Shown piece after piece: positions 1 through 10,219 of a stretch of 59,263 nt of DNA; position 1 is the stretch's first letter, and each line of letters opens with the position of its first letter. The translations under genes and the position numbers were made by a program. Source of the DNA: a virus. Its lineage: Duplodnaviria; Caudoviricetes. The stretch lies in the IMG/VR virus record IMGVR_UViG_3300037096_000007, positions 1-59,263 of that record. One strand, given 5' to 3'. The notes under the pieces are model-generated. The model saw nothing but the letters and a program-made list of their open reading frames with translations. It did not search any database and was not told where the DNA came from.

Positions 1-105
1 GGCGCCACTTGATTCAAGGTTTAGGCCAGCAGTAGGCGAAGCGTTCGTAGAGTTGATTGCTAAATACTGAGCGCCGGAACCAACTACGTTGACGATGCCG
101 GAACC
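1..105. repeat. Exact copy of 2971-3075 (left contig end)
   Basis: Direct comparison: identical from ggcgccacttgattcaagg to gatgccggaacc. Confidence 0.95.
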
Positions 106-1203
106 AATGGTTAGTTCAGACGTGCCAACAACAGTGGTTCCGCTCGCGGCATAATAAGCAACCTGACCTGCTGTAGCAGCGGTAACGGTGCCACCACCAC
201 CACCTGTCGTGCAGGGACCACCAGCGTCTATAAAGTTACCGCTATTGATCGAAACGCAGTCCCCGTTTATTAGTGTTCCGGTAGCAGTAGCAAATTCTGT
301 CGTGCTGCCACTGAGAGTACCCTGAGCGATTGCCGATGTGCCATTTCCGATAAGCGGCAAGTTACTGCTGAATGTCGTGTCACCCGTGCAACCATGAGCC
401 ACGCCGCAACTACCCGTCAGCGTGACATTACTCAGTGCGATGGTGAATCCTGTCGTGGCCGTTCCAGTAGCGAGCGCACCAACGGATGTCAGCGATGACG
501 TGACGATGCCAGATGGCAATGTCGTGCCGGTTATACCGGAGGCTGGAACCGATACCGCAGCCATCGCGCCGTTACAACCAAAACCGCTATTCGTTGTCCA
601 TGTCAATGCATTGGCCGCGCCAGTACAGCCCGAAATAACTTGCGCTGTGATCGGTGCCAGAACGCTTGTCGCGTTCACAAGCACCGAATTTCCGGGCTGA
701 GGCAAAATGCTTGAGAGTGGAATGCCGGAAACGATTGATGATGTCGATATCTGATAATTGGAGCCATCAGATATAATCTGAACGGTTTGCCCTTTCGCCA
801 ATACCAACGTGGACGAGCCACCGATTGTCGATGCTGTTGGCGTGATCGTGACAGCCCCATTCCCAAGATTTGAAACATAAGTGTTCCAAGTCAGGAATGG
901 GCCTGTTGCTTGTGGCAGAGCAACAGCGATGGGACTCGCATTATTGAACGTAACGAATTGTCCGTAGTCGTTGACGGATAGCGTATATGTCGTTCCAGTT
1001 TGTGCATTGACGCCAATGTATTGCTGATAGGAATTTATCAGAGCGTCAAAGCACGCCCTCGTTATTGCCGGTGTAATCAATCCCGAATTTTGATCCGGGA
1101 AACAACTCGCAATCTGGGTAATGATCGCAGCCTTCGTCGTCTGTGCGTGCGCGGGAAGCGCCACAGTCAGAAATCCGAAAACTACTAATATGATGCGAAG
1201 CAT
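1..1203 (-). CDS. Tail fibre/tailspike A, N-terminal 401 codons; continues across the contig break into 57474-59263
   Basis: Absent from the ORF track because it runs off the contig edge. ATG at 1203 reads MLRIILVVFGFLTVALPAHA|QTTKAAIITQIASCFPDQNSG..., colinear with the 1210-4173 protein up to LNLESSGA at position 1. Signal-peptide-like N-terminus. Confidence 0.85.
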   Translation of the reverse strand, partial: MLRIILVVFGFLTVALPAHAQTTKAAIITQIASCFPDQNSGLITPAITRACFDALINSYQQYIGVNAQTGTTYTLSVNDYGQFVTFNNASPIAVALPQATGPFLTWNTYVSNLGNGAVTITPTASTIGGSSTLVLAKGQTVQIISDGSNYQISTSSIVSGIPLSSILPQPGNSVLVNATSVLAPITAQVISGCTGAANALTWTTNSGFGCNGAMAAVSVPASGITGTTLPSGIVTSSLTSVGALATGTATTGFTIALSNVTLTGSCGVAHGCTGDTTFSSNLPLIGNGTSAIAQGTLSGSTTEFATATGTLINGDCVSINSGNFIDAGGPCTTGGGGGTVTAATAGQVAYYAASGTTVVGTSELTIGSGIVNVVGSGAQYLAINSTNASPTAGLNLESSGA

Positions 1204-1209
1204 ATCGAC

Positions 1210-4173
1210 CTAACAGCTTGCGTTGTAAGAAAGCGCGCCGGTCGCGGTATCATAACAAACATACAGACTGCCACCCGCGTTGTGTGGCAACGCCGATGCG
1301 AAAAGCTGTCCTGTATAGAAGCTATTGCCTATAAACTTATGAAAGGCCAAGCTGCCGGCATTCAACAATTGGACAACATATTCTCCAGTCTCCGATCCTG
1401 CCGTCGCAATATTGACTTCCGCATATTCGCCAGCAAATCCAGTGAGAGTTCCAGCGCTATTAGGATTGTACCAGCCAAATCCAGCGATCAAATCTCCGCT
1501 GATACCAACCCATCCGGGCGGTTGACGGGTTATGGAAATCGACGGATCAACGTCGCTATTGCCAAAATACACGTTGTTTCCGCCTGCCGCAGCACCGGAG
1601 AGCGAAGGTGAATATGATACCGTGCCACCGCTGACACCGCTTACTAGCGCACCAACAAAAGCCCCGCTGTTAAGTTGTATTCTAATTGGCGTTCCGGTTG
1701 TGACAAATGATGGCACCGATATGACGGTGATCGACGTGCCGCCAGACCATGCACTATTAACCGTAGTTTGGCTTGATGTTGTGAGAAACGACCCAGACGC
1801 AGATGCGTATGTAAGGCCCGCACTCAGATTTACGGTCGTCCCGCCAGAACACGCCGCCCCAATGCTTGAGACATAAGACAGCGATACATTAGCCGCTGGC
1901 GCGACAGTGCTTCCGACCGCAATAAGTTGCCCCTGATACATCCCACTGGTGCTGACAACGCAGATGCTTGTTGCGCCAGAGAGGGCGGACGCAGCCAGAC
2001 TTGAGGTAAATTGCCCGGCGACAGAATAGGAAGGACTGGCAAACGTCCAAAGATTGCCACCATCGTAATAATTCTTGTCCGTGCTGCCACCTGACCACGT
2101 AAATTCCTGACCCGTCCAGACGATATTCTGATCGGCACGTAGCCATTGAGCGCCAGCTATTCCCGTAGTCTGGAAAGGAAATACACCGAGCGGATAGTTC
2201 TGGAATGTCGCATCGTTAATTCTGCCATTACCATTCACATCAAGCAAATAAGCCGGCGTGCTTGTCCCAAGGCCGAAGTTTCCGGCAGGTGAAAGTGTAG
2301 CATAAACAGTATTGTTGGTCGCGAATTGCAGCGGATAGTTGCCGGTGGCGCTGACAAAGGCGGCATAAGAACTCGATCCGCTTACCGAGCAATTAGAACT
2401 TATACATTCGACCCCAATCAACATTCCACTAGCGGAGTTTTCTATAACCTGATCGGCCTGGCTTGTGGTTGCTGCCGCAGAAAGAACGAGCGGCGTCGAA
2501 CCACCAGCACCAACCACCTCAAGCTGACCGGAGGGTACGGACGTTCCGATCCCAACAAGGCCGCTATTGGTGATGTACACGCGCCCACTATCATCCGTGA
2601 AAAACTCTACGGCTGTATTGGAGATGCTCCCAAAAGCAGAAGCGTAGGCTACGCCATTGGTCCCGAGGCCCGTTCCGGCGCTATTATCCGCACCAATGAC
2701 TGTCTCGCCGCCTGTGTTTTGGATCAGACCAAAGACTTGATTGGTCGCGCTGGAGCTGGCATAGGCTTTAATGAATGGGGTTGAACCAGCGGCCCCGCGA
2801 ACATCGAGATATGCGGTCGGTGCCGTAACGCCAATTCCAACATTGCCAACAGCTGTGATCCGCATGATCTCAGAATCATTGCTATAAAATGTATCAAACG
2901 CATCAGCATTCGAGGCCACGCCGCCGAATCTTGTTTCGCCAGATGAAAGATATTCATATACGGCAACGCCGGCGCCACTTGATTCAAGGTTTAGGCCAGC
3001 AGTAGGCGAAGCGTTCGTAGAGTTGATTGCTAAATACTGAGCGCCGGAACCAACTACGTTGACGATGCCGGAACCGATAGTTAGTTCGGACGCACCAGCG
3101 ACAGCGGTTCCAGTGGAAGCATAGTAAGCGACTTGTCCGGCTGTCGCCGATGTAACCGTGCCGCCGCCGCCGCCGGTCGTGCATGGACCGCCGGCGTCGA
3201 TATAATTTCCGTTGCTGTCGATGGAAACACAATCGCCATTCACAAGAGAGCCAGTTGATGTGGCAAAGGTCGTTGTATTGCCGCTAAGAGTGCCCTGCGC
3301 TATTGCGCTTGTACCGTTGCCGATCAGCGGCTTATTGGCCGTGAATGTCGTATCTCCAGTGCAACCGTTAGCAACGCTACAATGTCCCGTTAGTGTGACG
3401 CTGCCAAGCGCAATGGAAAAACCCGTCGTAGCGCTTCCTCCTGCAAGCGCGCCAACAGATGTCAACGAGGATGTCACGATGCCGGAAGGCAGCGTTGTTC
3501 CAGTAAGACCGGATGCGGGTGCTCCCGCAGCAGTAATCGCAGTGTTACAACCAAAGCCTGCATTGGTCGTCCAAATCAGCGCGGCGGAAGGGGCGGAACA
3601 ACCACCAACAACTTGCGCTGTGATTGGGGCAATGCCTCCTGTCGCATTTACCAGAACAGAATTTCCAGTTTGCGGCAATATGCTAGACAGCGGAATTCCA
3701 GACGATATGGACGACGATGCTTCCTGATAATTTATTCCATCAGATACAATCTGAGCAGATTGCCCGCTCGCCACTGCCAATGTGGTTTGGCCGCCTATTC
3801 TTGAGATTGCCGGCGTGATTGTTACAATCCCGGCTCCAAGGTTAACGATATAAGCATTCCACGTCGAAAATGGGCCTGTTGCTTGTGGCAGCATTACGGC
3901 TACAGGATTAGCGTTATTGAAAGTAACGAATTGCCCGTAATCGCTTACCGATAATGTATATGAGGCTCCCGTCTGAGCGTTGACGCCAGTATATTGCTGA
4001 TATGAGTTGACAATATTTGCCAGACAATTCCGCTGTATTGCAGGCGTGATCTCCCCTGCATTTTGATCTGGGAAGCAGGTTCCGATCTGTGTAATAATCG
4101 CAGACTTTGAATATTGCGCGTGTGCAGGAATCGCCGTGAAAATTCCCAACGCTATAAGCAATATGCGAAGCAT
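1210..4173 (-). CDS. Tail fibre B (987 aa, G/S/T/A-rich) with signal-peptide-like N-terminus
   Basis: Repeated GNVGIGxxxP/GLVGIGTSVP/GNFGLGTSTP fibre motifs; lies after the ejection genes; MLRILLIALGIFTAIPAHA|Q leader; 14 Cys in local pairs (hand count). Confidence 0.8.
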   Translation of the reverse strand: MLRILLIALGIFTAIPAHAQYSKSAIITQIGTCFPDQNAGEITPAIQRNCLANIVNSYQQYTGVNAQTGASYTLSVSDYGQFVTFNNANPVAVMLPQATGPFSTWNAYIVNLGAGIVTITPAISRIGGQTTLAVASGQSAQIVSDGINYQEASSSISSGIPLSSILPQTGNSVLVNATGGIAPITAQVVGGCSAPSAALIWTTNAGFGCNTAITAAGAPASGLTGTTLPSGIVTSSLTSVGALAGGSATTGFSIALGSVTLTGHCSVANGCTGDTTFTANKPLIGNGTSAIAQGTLSGNTTTFATSTGSLVNGDCVSIDSNGNYIDAGGPCTTGGGGGTVTSATAGQVAYYASTGTAVAGASELTIGSGIVNVVGSGAQYLAINSTNASPTAGLNLESSGAGVAVYEYLSSGETRFGGVASNADAFDTFYSNDSEIMRITAVGNVGIGVTAPTAYLDVRGAAGSTPFIKAYASSSATNQVFGLIQNTGGETVIGADNSAGTGLGTNGVAYASAFGSISNTAVEFFTDDSGRVYITNSGLVGIGTSVPSGQLEVVGAGGSTPLVLSAAATTSQADQVIENSASGMLIGVECISSNCSVSGSSSYAAFVSATGNYPLQFATNNTVYATLSPAGNFGLGTSTPAYLLDVNGNGRINDATFQNYPLGVFPFQTTGIAGAQWLRADQNIVWTGQEFTWSGGSTDKNYYDGGNLWTFASPSYSVAGQFTSSLAASALSGATSICVVSTSGMYQGQLIAVGSTVAPAANVSLSYVSSIGAACSGGTTVNLSAGLTYASASGSFLTTSSQTTVNSAWSGGTSITVISVPSFVTTGTPIRIQLNSGAFVGALVSGVSGGTVSYSPSLSGAAAGGNNVYFGNSDVDPSISITRQPPGWVGISGDLIAGFGWYNPNSAGTLTGFAGEYAEVNIATAGSETGEYVVQLLNAGSLAFHKFIGNSFYTGQLFASALPHNAGGSLYVCYDTATGALSYNASC
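2756..3075. repeat. ~320 bp segment shared with fibre A; its two ends match the two contig ends
   Basis: 2756-2882 is identical to 59137-59263 and 2971-3075 is identical to 1-105. Confidence 0.9.
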
Positions 4174-4174
4174 T

Positions 4175-6082
4175 TTAGCCTCGATAGCTCACGGTAAGCT
4201 GCATATCGCCATTCGTACCAAAGAATGTATTGGTAATGCTTGATGTGGCGTTACCCTGTTCAAGCTGATTGAAATTATTGAGGCCCAATGTTGGCTGCAA
4301 GATCAATATTGCTGTAGCAACACCAAAGCTGGAAAGGCCTGTCGCGCCGCTGCCAATAGAACCAAAAGTCCCGACTTGACCGCTGTATGCGGTCAAAGAA
4401 TTAAGACCGATGCCGATGCTCGATGTTTGCAATGTCGAGCTACTGTTGCTATTTTGCATTTCGACGGCTTGCGTGAACGTCGCCGTGATTGATGTTGTCG
4501 GCAATCCGGTGAAAGCCGCAACGGTTGCGGCGCTGTTGGCGTCAGATGCGCGAATTGTTGCTACATTATAAGCCCAACTTGAGGTGCTTAGGCCGGCCAT
4601 CATCGTAATAGTGTTCTGATTATAAGCGTTCCACACGCCAAATTTTCGACTTACTCCAAATGTCCGATAGGCGCTGACTTGGCCCGGCGTCGCATCCGTA
4701 AATATTGAACCGACATACGTGCATTGTAGTGCGGGAACGGTGTAGATTGTTGCTCCGTTATTACCGACTACTTGCGCCGCATTGACCCAAAGGCCATTTT
4801 GGTTTTGCAATTGAGCCGTGCCACCTCCTGTCCCACGGCTACCGGCGCCGGCTGTAGAATTTGACCAAGCGGGACCGAAGATTGCAACCGGAGAACCATT
4901 GTTATTGAAAATACAAACATCGTAGGCCGACGAACCGGATTGCGCCGAACTCAAAGCAAGAGACAGTTCCGCAAACGTCAGGATCGAGAATGACGAACCG
5001 TTCCAGATTGGGATTTGATTACCGACATACGGGCTATAATAGACCATTGTTGCGCCCGTAATGTCGCTTTGGCCTTGAACGGGGCCACCAGCGGCCAGGT
5101 TTTGAAGCGTCAAGTATCCCTGTGGTGTGGCTATCGAGGCTGACGCGCTTGCGGCGGCTGGCACCAAATTGATGATATGAAAATTCTGTTGCGACGCGCT
5201 AAACGAAACATAGACGACGTTCGACGGCGAACCTGCAACAATCTCGCCACCTGACAAAGCTACCGCACCTGTAGCTGTATCCTTGACGATTGGATAGGTG
5301 CCAAAGCCGGACGGATTGATCGTTGTCGCGCCAGTATTGGTGCTGAGAGGAATAAACCCGATGATCTGGCCATCGGTGCCAGCGAACGCAGTATCGACAA
5401 CCGTAATCGCGTTGGGCGTGCCGCCAGCGAGATTGGCCCAATATGGATTGTTCTGATTTGTGGATGCAGTGAGCTGATCCCAAATCGTGTTCCCGAGCGA
5501 ATCCTTGAGAACCTGCCGGTAAATTCCCGAGCCATAGATAATCGCGCAACCGTTGGCATCGAGCATAACCGGATTGGTATTGAGAATGGTTTGCCCGGCA
5601 TTCTGCCACGTTTGTTTGAACGTATTGGTATTCGGAATATAATAGCCGACCGTTCCGCCAGCGAGCGATTGATTGATGTAAACGCTCGAAATCGGAATAC
5701 TAAAGCCCGCGACATTGCCGATGTTGGCGGATGACGCCGAGAGAACATCGCCGACAACATATTGAACGCCGGGATTGAGGATAGCGACCGCCGTAACAAT
5801 GCCGCCCGATACGGTGATATTTGCGGTCGCTCCGGTGCCATTGCCGCCTATAAGTGGAACGCCGCCATACGTTCCGCTCGTGCCGCCAGAGCCGCCCGTA
5901 ATCGTGCCGAGCAATCCGACAAAGCCCGTGCCGGTGCCATTGGGGCCGCCGCTTGTTGGCGTCAACGCCGTAAAACACTGCTCGCCGGGAGGCAAAAGCG
6001 TCGCCTGCGCAAACGCCGATACCGGAAAAATGACCGATAGCAACGCGCATAGAATTACGCTAAGAGCGCGCAATCGTTTCAC
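4175..6082 (-). CDS. Tail fibre/tailspike C (635 aa) with a virion-attachment-type domain and signal-peptide-like N-terminus
   Basis: NTNPVMLDANGCAIIYGSGIYRQVLKDSLGNTIWD is typical of N-terminal attachment domains of podophage tailspikes; C-terminal PQGYLTL...YYSPYVGNQIPIWNG fibre domain; leader MKRLRALSVILCALLSVIFPVSAFA|Q. Confidence 0.78.
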   Translation of the reverse strand: MKRLRALSVILCALLSVIFPVSAFAQATLLPPGEQCFTALTPTSGGPNGTGTGFVGLLGTITGGSGGTSGTYGGVPLIGGNGTGATANITVSGGIVTAVAILNPGVQYVVGDVLSASSANIGNVAGFSIPISSVYINQSLAGGTVGYYIPNTNTFKQTWQNAGQTILNTNPVMLDANGCAIIYGSGIYRQVLKDSLGNTIWDQLTASTNQNNPYWANLAGGTPNAITVVDTAFAGTDGQIIGFIPLSTNTGATTINPSGFGTYPIVKDTATGAVALSGGEIVAGSPSNVVYVSFSASQQNFHIINLVPAAASASASIATPQGYLTLQNLAAGGPVQGQSDITGATMVYYSPYVGNQIPIWNGSSFSILTFAELSLALSSAQSGSSAYDVCIFNNNGSPVAIFGPAWSNSTAGAGSRGTGGGTAQLQNQNGLWVNAAQVVGNNGATIYTVPALQCTYVGSIFTDATPGQVSAYRTFGVSRKFGVWNAYNQNTITMMAGLSTSSWAYNVATIRASDANSAATVAAFTGLPTTSITATFTQAVEMQNSNSSSTLQTSSIGIGLNSLTAYSGQVGTFGSIGSGATGLSSFGVATAILILQPTLGLNNFNQLEQGNATSSITNTFFGTNGDMQLTVSYRG

Positions 6083-6148
6083 GGATATCCCATGCGGCTA
6101 AACTGGTATTTCATCGCGGCCTATCTTTTTTGTTGTTTCAGCTACGGT

Positions 6149-8473
6149 TTATTGACCGGACGGCGCATTGGCATTCCGATAGGTAAGCGCAGCGGCAGGC
6201 GCAGCACGCGACAAGAGATTCGCCGATGGATAGCGAACGCCGCCGCCCATCCCGGATCGAATAAGCGAGTTGGCTAGAGCATGGCTGCGTAGGACGGCGC
6301 TAAGAGCACGGCCGCCAGCCAACGCACCGATGCCAAGGGCCGCATTGCGCTGGAAATTTTCGGGATCAATCTCATAAGCTGCACCGCCGATACCAGCAGC
6401 ACCCAACGCGGTTGCCCCTAACTTCATCGCAAGCAATCGTTCCGACGTTCCCGAGCTTGGCGGCTCGGTCAGAAAGCGTTGCCCAATGGCCGCAAGGTCG
6501 GAAAGCGGCCCGTTGCCACGCGGATAAGACTTGGCGGCCTGCGTAGCGAGCAGAGCGGGACGAATATCGCCCGTAGGAGCTTTCTTTGGCGTTGCAATAG
6601 GCTCAACGGTTTTTAATGCTCGCCATTGTCGCCGCGCCTCAAGCAAATCGTCTTGTGCCCCTTGCGGTGCTGATCGCTGCATTGCATCGTCAAGAGCCTC
6701 GCGGACCTGTGCTGCATAATAACGAACGTTCGGGTCTTTCGATTGTATTGCGCGGTCGAGCGGAGCACCCTTGCGCGTCAATGCCTGGTAAGTCTCACCG
6801 CTGAATGTGTGGGTCTGAGGGTCAACCGTCGTTAAGAGATCGCGCATTTGATTTTCAAGCGGCGCAATTTCCGATTGTGGAAGTACCGAACGAGCATCAT
6901 TCAGGATGGTGCCAAGATGCTGATAAAACGGCTGATCGGCTTGGATAACAGGCGTCCGAGCCGCAACACTATCGAACATTGTTCCGATGCGATCTCGCGC
7001 CCGGTTAATGGTCGCCGAATTAACCGTGTCGGTATTTTCTCCAAACGTTTGAGCGACGCCGCGATTAAAGGCGGATTGTTGTTCCGCTGTTCGGGCGCCA
7101 TATCCAGAGAACGGTAATCGCTGCAAGACCGAATCAGCAAACCGCATCATCGGATTGGAACTGATCTGCCCTGCCGTAACTGGAATGCCGTATTGGTTGC
7201 GCGCGGTTTGAGCGAGTTGTGCCGTCTCAGGCGATGCGGCACCAAAGATACCGCGACGCAAACCAGCGCCGAGCGCCGATGCAGCATATCCAGCCGGAAA
7301 CATTGCCGCCCCGGTTAGACCTCCAAATGCAATCTGATTACCTAACGGCTCATCCGATGCCGATGATGTTAAGGCCGACGCGCCTGCCCCGGCACCAGTG
7401 CCAGCCATTAATGCGCTTTCAACCGGACCAGCAGCCGCGCCGATGCCTGTTGCGCCTTCAATCGCAGCGCCGCCAGCGCCTAGCAATGGCGCGGTGCCAA
7501 TAATCTGTCCGCCGACACGGCCGACTTGTGCCGCCGGACTATTCGCCGCAACCGCATCAAAATTGTTGCGATCAACGACAATCCCTTGATTAACGCCAGC
7601 ACCCCAATTCTGGACGGCCGCATTAGTGCCCGGCGCAATGACGCCAGCGTTGGCGAGCAAATTAGCGCCGCCTGTCCCGGTCGCCGCAATACCTTGCGCT
7701 ATCGTGTCAGCGACATCACCAACACCGCGCACGGCACCGAGGCCAAGACGCTCCGCTGTTCCGGCAAGATCATCGGGCGATTGTGCTATCTGACGATTAA
7801 GCCATTGCGGCGTTGTTTCAGGACCAGATGGCGGCGTATAACCCTGCGGATGGATCGTAATACGTGGCACGCCTTGCGGCGTCATGGTCACGTCAGGATC
7901 GCCCGATGCTTGTCCCGGCTTGCTACCCCATTCGGCCAATAAATCAGGGCCTTCATCAGCGGGTGCTGGTACGGACGAGCTAATAGCTTTCGGTTGGCTT
8001 CCCCATTCGCTGAGAAGATCAGGCGTAACCGGACCATTCGCGCCTGCGTAAAATGTGTGATGACCAATTTGGGCGGTCTGTGAATATTTAGTAAATTCAG
8101 GCATTGGCCTGTTATTTGCGGCGCGATCCTGCTGAATTAATGGAATATTGCCATAATAAGTTGCACCATTTGTTTGGTCTTGCGTGTCGCCATTCCAAAC
8201 CGATTCCACAATATCACGGGCGCGCTGCAAATCAGGATCAGCCTTATTAAATCCAGCAGGATTATTTTTGTCATTCTTCGGCAGATTCCAAGCCGAGAAT
8301 TGATTAGGCTGCAAGACAACATCTTTTGGATTGCTCGGAAACTCACCGCTTTGAGTTCTGTTTTTGATTACAGACGCAACGGCACTCATGCCACTCGCGC
8401 CGTCCGAACCAGCCTCAGACAGGACCGTTCTAGCTACCGCGTCTAAATCGTCTGGCGCTATATTGTCCGCCAT
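6149..8473 (-). CDS. Internal virion/DNA ejection protein with N-terminal SleB-like (Hydrolase_2) cell wall hydrolase domain
   Basis: ARTVLSEAG...AVASVIKNR...VVLQPNQFSAWN...TNGATYY...IGHHTFY motifs; Ala/Gly-rich remainder; position of P22 gp16-like genes. Confidence 0.8.
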   Translation of the reverse strand: MADNIAPDDLDAVARTVLSEAGSDGASGMSAVASVIKNRTQSGEFPSNPKDVVLQPNQFSAWNLPKNDKNNPAGFNKADPDLQRARDIVESVWNGDTQDQTNGATYYGNIPLIQQDRAANNRPMPEFTKYSQTAQIGHHTFYAGANGPVTPDLLSEWGSQPKAISSSVPAPADEGPDLLAEWGSKPGQASGDPDVTMTPQGVPRITIHPQGYTPPSGPETTPQWLNRQIAQSPDDLAGTAERLGLGAVRGVGDVADTIAQGIAATGTGGANLLANAGVIAPGTNAAVQNWGAGVNQGIVVDRNNFDAVAANSPAAQVGRVGGQIIGTAPLLGAGGAAIEGATGIGAAAGPVESALMAGTGAGAGASALTSSASDEPLGNQIAFGGLTGAAMFPAGYAASALGAGLRRGIFGAASPETAQLAQTARNQYGIPVTAGQISSNPMMRFADSVLQRLPFSGYGARTAEQQSAFNRGVAQTFGENTDTVNSATINRARDRIGTMFDSVAARTPVIQADQPFYQHLGTILNDARSVLPQSEIAPLENQMRDLLTTVDPQTHTFSGETYQALTRKGAPLDRAIQSKDPNVRYYAAQVREALDDAMQRSAPQGAQDDLLEARRQWRALKTVEPIATPKKAPTGDIRPALLATQAAKSYPRGNGPLSDLAAIGQRFLTEPPSSGTSERLLAMKLGATALGAAGIGGAAYEIDPENFQRNAALGIGALAGGRALSAVLRSHALANSLIRSGMGGGVRYPSANLLSRAAPAAALTYRNANAPSGQ

Positions 8474-9636
8474 TAGGTTCCAGGACGCTTAATAACGCCA
8501 TCGCGATATGCCATGCCAAGCGATGCATTGAATTTGGCTTTATCCGATCCGGTCAGACTGCTTTTGAGCTTATCAACCTGTTGTGGGTCCATTTGATCAA
8601 TCAAAAATGCACGCGGGTCCAAATTCGGAGCAAGACGTGCAGCCTCAGCCGTATATCCGGGACCGCCGACCTTAGCGGCCTCTAACGTTTGGACTTGCTC
8701 CATACGTCGCAACGCGATTGCAGCTTTGGTTACATCAACGTTTGAGAGATCGTTAATGTGAACGTTCGGCGAGCCGCTGATCGTGGTAGCAAGTTGCATA
8801 TCAGTATGAGCGCCAAATCCAGCCGCACGTTGCTGTGTAGCTTGCGTGAGGTATTTATCAGCCTCCGCATAGTTCCTAATCTTCTCGGGATCAATGCCGG
8901 CCCATCGAGCGATTGTCGGGCTTAGACCATATACATACGATTCCATCGCCTGACGGCCAGCCGAACCGGGAGCCGTACCGCCAGGACCAAGCGCCTGCAA
9001 TTTCTGCAATGCTTGTTGCCAGGGAAATATCTCCTGCCCAAAATTTTTGGCCCGAGCCAAATCACCTTGCATAATTTCTGACGACTTATCAGCGCCAAGC
9101 GGCAATCCTGTTGCGGTTGTTCCTTGCGCAGTCTGTGCAGCGAGGGATTGAGATTGCGGAGCGCCAAATTGATCTGGCGGGGCTGTAACGCGCTGAGCAG
9201 CACCTTCCGGTGAAAGAAGCGATGCCATCCCCCGTTTGACGTTGCCAGCGATATCGCCGCCAGCCTTTAGCTGATCGGCGACGGCATTTGGCATACCCAT
9301 GACAGCGGCGGCGGGATATTGCCGAGAGAAATTCGTAACCGCGTTATCTACATCATCCGGCTTCGGGTTTTTGATACCCGCCAAGCTATTCACAACCGCG
9401 CCAGTATAAGCCTTTCGCATCGCGTCTTGCTGCTGAATTTGCGCCGTCTGATTTTGAATTTGCTGGCCGATTAATTGCTGCTGCGGTATTTGACCGAGCG
9501 CGCCGGCCTGCTGCTGCAAAATTCCTAATCGCGTAATGCCTTCGACAGCGCTTACTAATGATTGCGGATTGCTCAGCAGGCTTTGCGGCTGCGCTACGGG
9601 CTGGGGATATAAGGAATCGACCCCGCCGTCAGGCAT
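8473..9636 (-). CDS. Putative DNA ejection protein (gp20-like position)
   Basis: Gln/Ala-rich helical protein, translationally coupled, between the gp7-like and hydrolase genes. Confidence 0.55.
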   Translation of the reverse strand: MPDGGVDSLYPQPVAQPQSLLSNPQSLVSAVEGITRLGILQQQAGALGQIPQQQLIGQQIQNQTAQIQQQDAMRKAYTGAVVNSLAGIKNPKPDDVDNAVTNFSRQYPAAAVMGMPNAVADQLKAGGDIAGNVKRGMASLLSPEGAAQRVTAPPDQFGAPQSQSLAAQTAQGTTATGLPLGADKSSEIMQGDLARAKNFGQEIFPWQQALQKLQALGPGGTAPGSAGRQAMESYVYGLSPTIARWAGIDPEKIRNYAEADKYLTQATQQRAAGFGAHTDMQLATTISGSPNVHINDLSNVDVTKAAIALRRMEQVQTLEAAKVGGPGYTAEAARLAPNLDPRAFLIDQMDPQQVDKLKSSLTGSDKAKFNASLGMAYRDGVIKRPGT

Positions 9637-10219
9637 TCGGATTACTCGGCGTATAATGCTGCTGAACCATGCGCGCCATCATCCCCATATGGTCGTCGTC
9701 GGATGGCGCCGCTTGCGGCGGTTGACCGGCAAATGCCATTGCATGATGGGCCACCACAGCATCCCTGGCCTGCATGGTTTGCTGAAAATGCGTCTCGGCC
9801 CATTGCTTTTGCTGGAACGGCCTCTCCGGCACGGTCGCAAGCTGCGTCACCGCTTGGGCAGGTGCCATAATGCGATCAGCCACCAATTTAGCCGTCCCGT
9901 CGATAATGGCCGATTTCATGTCGGCTTTGCCAAGATCAGGGTCGGCTAGAAGCCCCTTCAATTCGGCTAGGATGGCGTTGAAATGGCGTAGCGCAGCCAC
10001 GGTCTGTTCATGGGTAGGAGCCGGAGGGGCCTGCGGAGGCTGTCCGGGCTGGCCCTGTGGTGCCATTTGGCCGGGACCAGCCAAAGCGGACGGAGGCTGA
10101 GCCGTCGGCATAGGCGGCGGCTGCCGCTGTTGCAGCATTTCCGGCGGAGGGGGTGGCGTAGAGCCGTTGAGCGCCGAACCACGCGAACGTGGAGATAGGG
10201 AGGCTGTGAGGGCGGCCAT
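9629..10219 (-). CDS. Hypothetical Pro/Gln-rich virion-region protein
   Basis: Coupled ORF within the ejection module. Confidence 0.55.
   Translation of the reverse strand: MAALTASLSPRSRGSALNGSTPPPPPEMLQQRQPPPMPTAQPPSALAGPGQMAPQGQPGQPPQAPPAPTHEQTVAALRHFNAILAELKGLLADPDLGKADMKSAIIDGTAKLVADRIMAPAQAVTQLATVPERPFQQKQWAETHFQQTMQARDAVVAHHAMAFAGQPPQAAPSDDDHMGMMARMVQQHYTPSNPNA

Noticed and set aside
2756-3075. Diversity-generating retroelement TR/VR pair
   Set aside because: Visible copies are identical rather than adenine-mutated, lie mid-gene, and no reverse transcriptase is present
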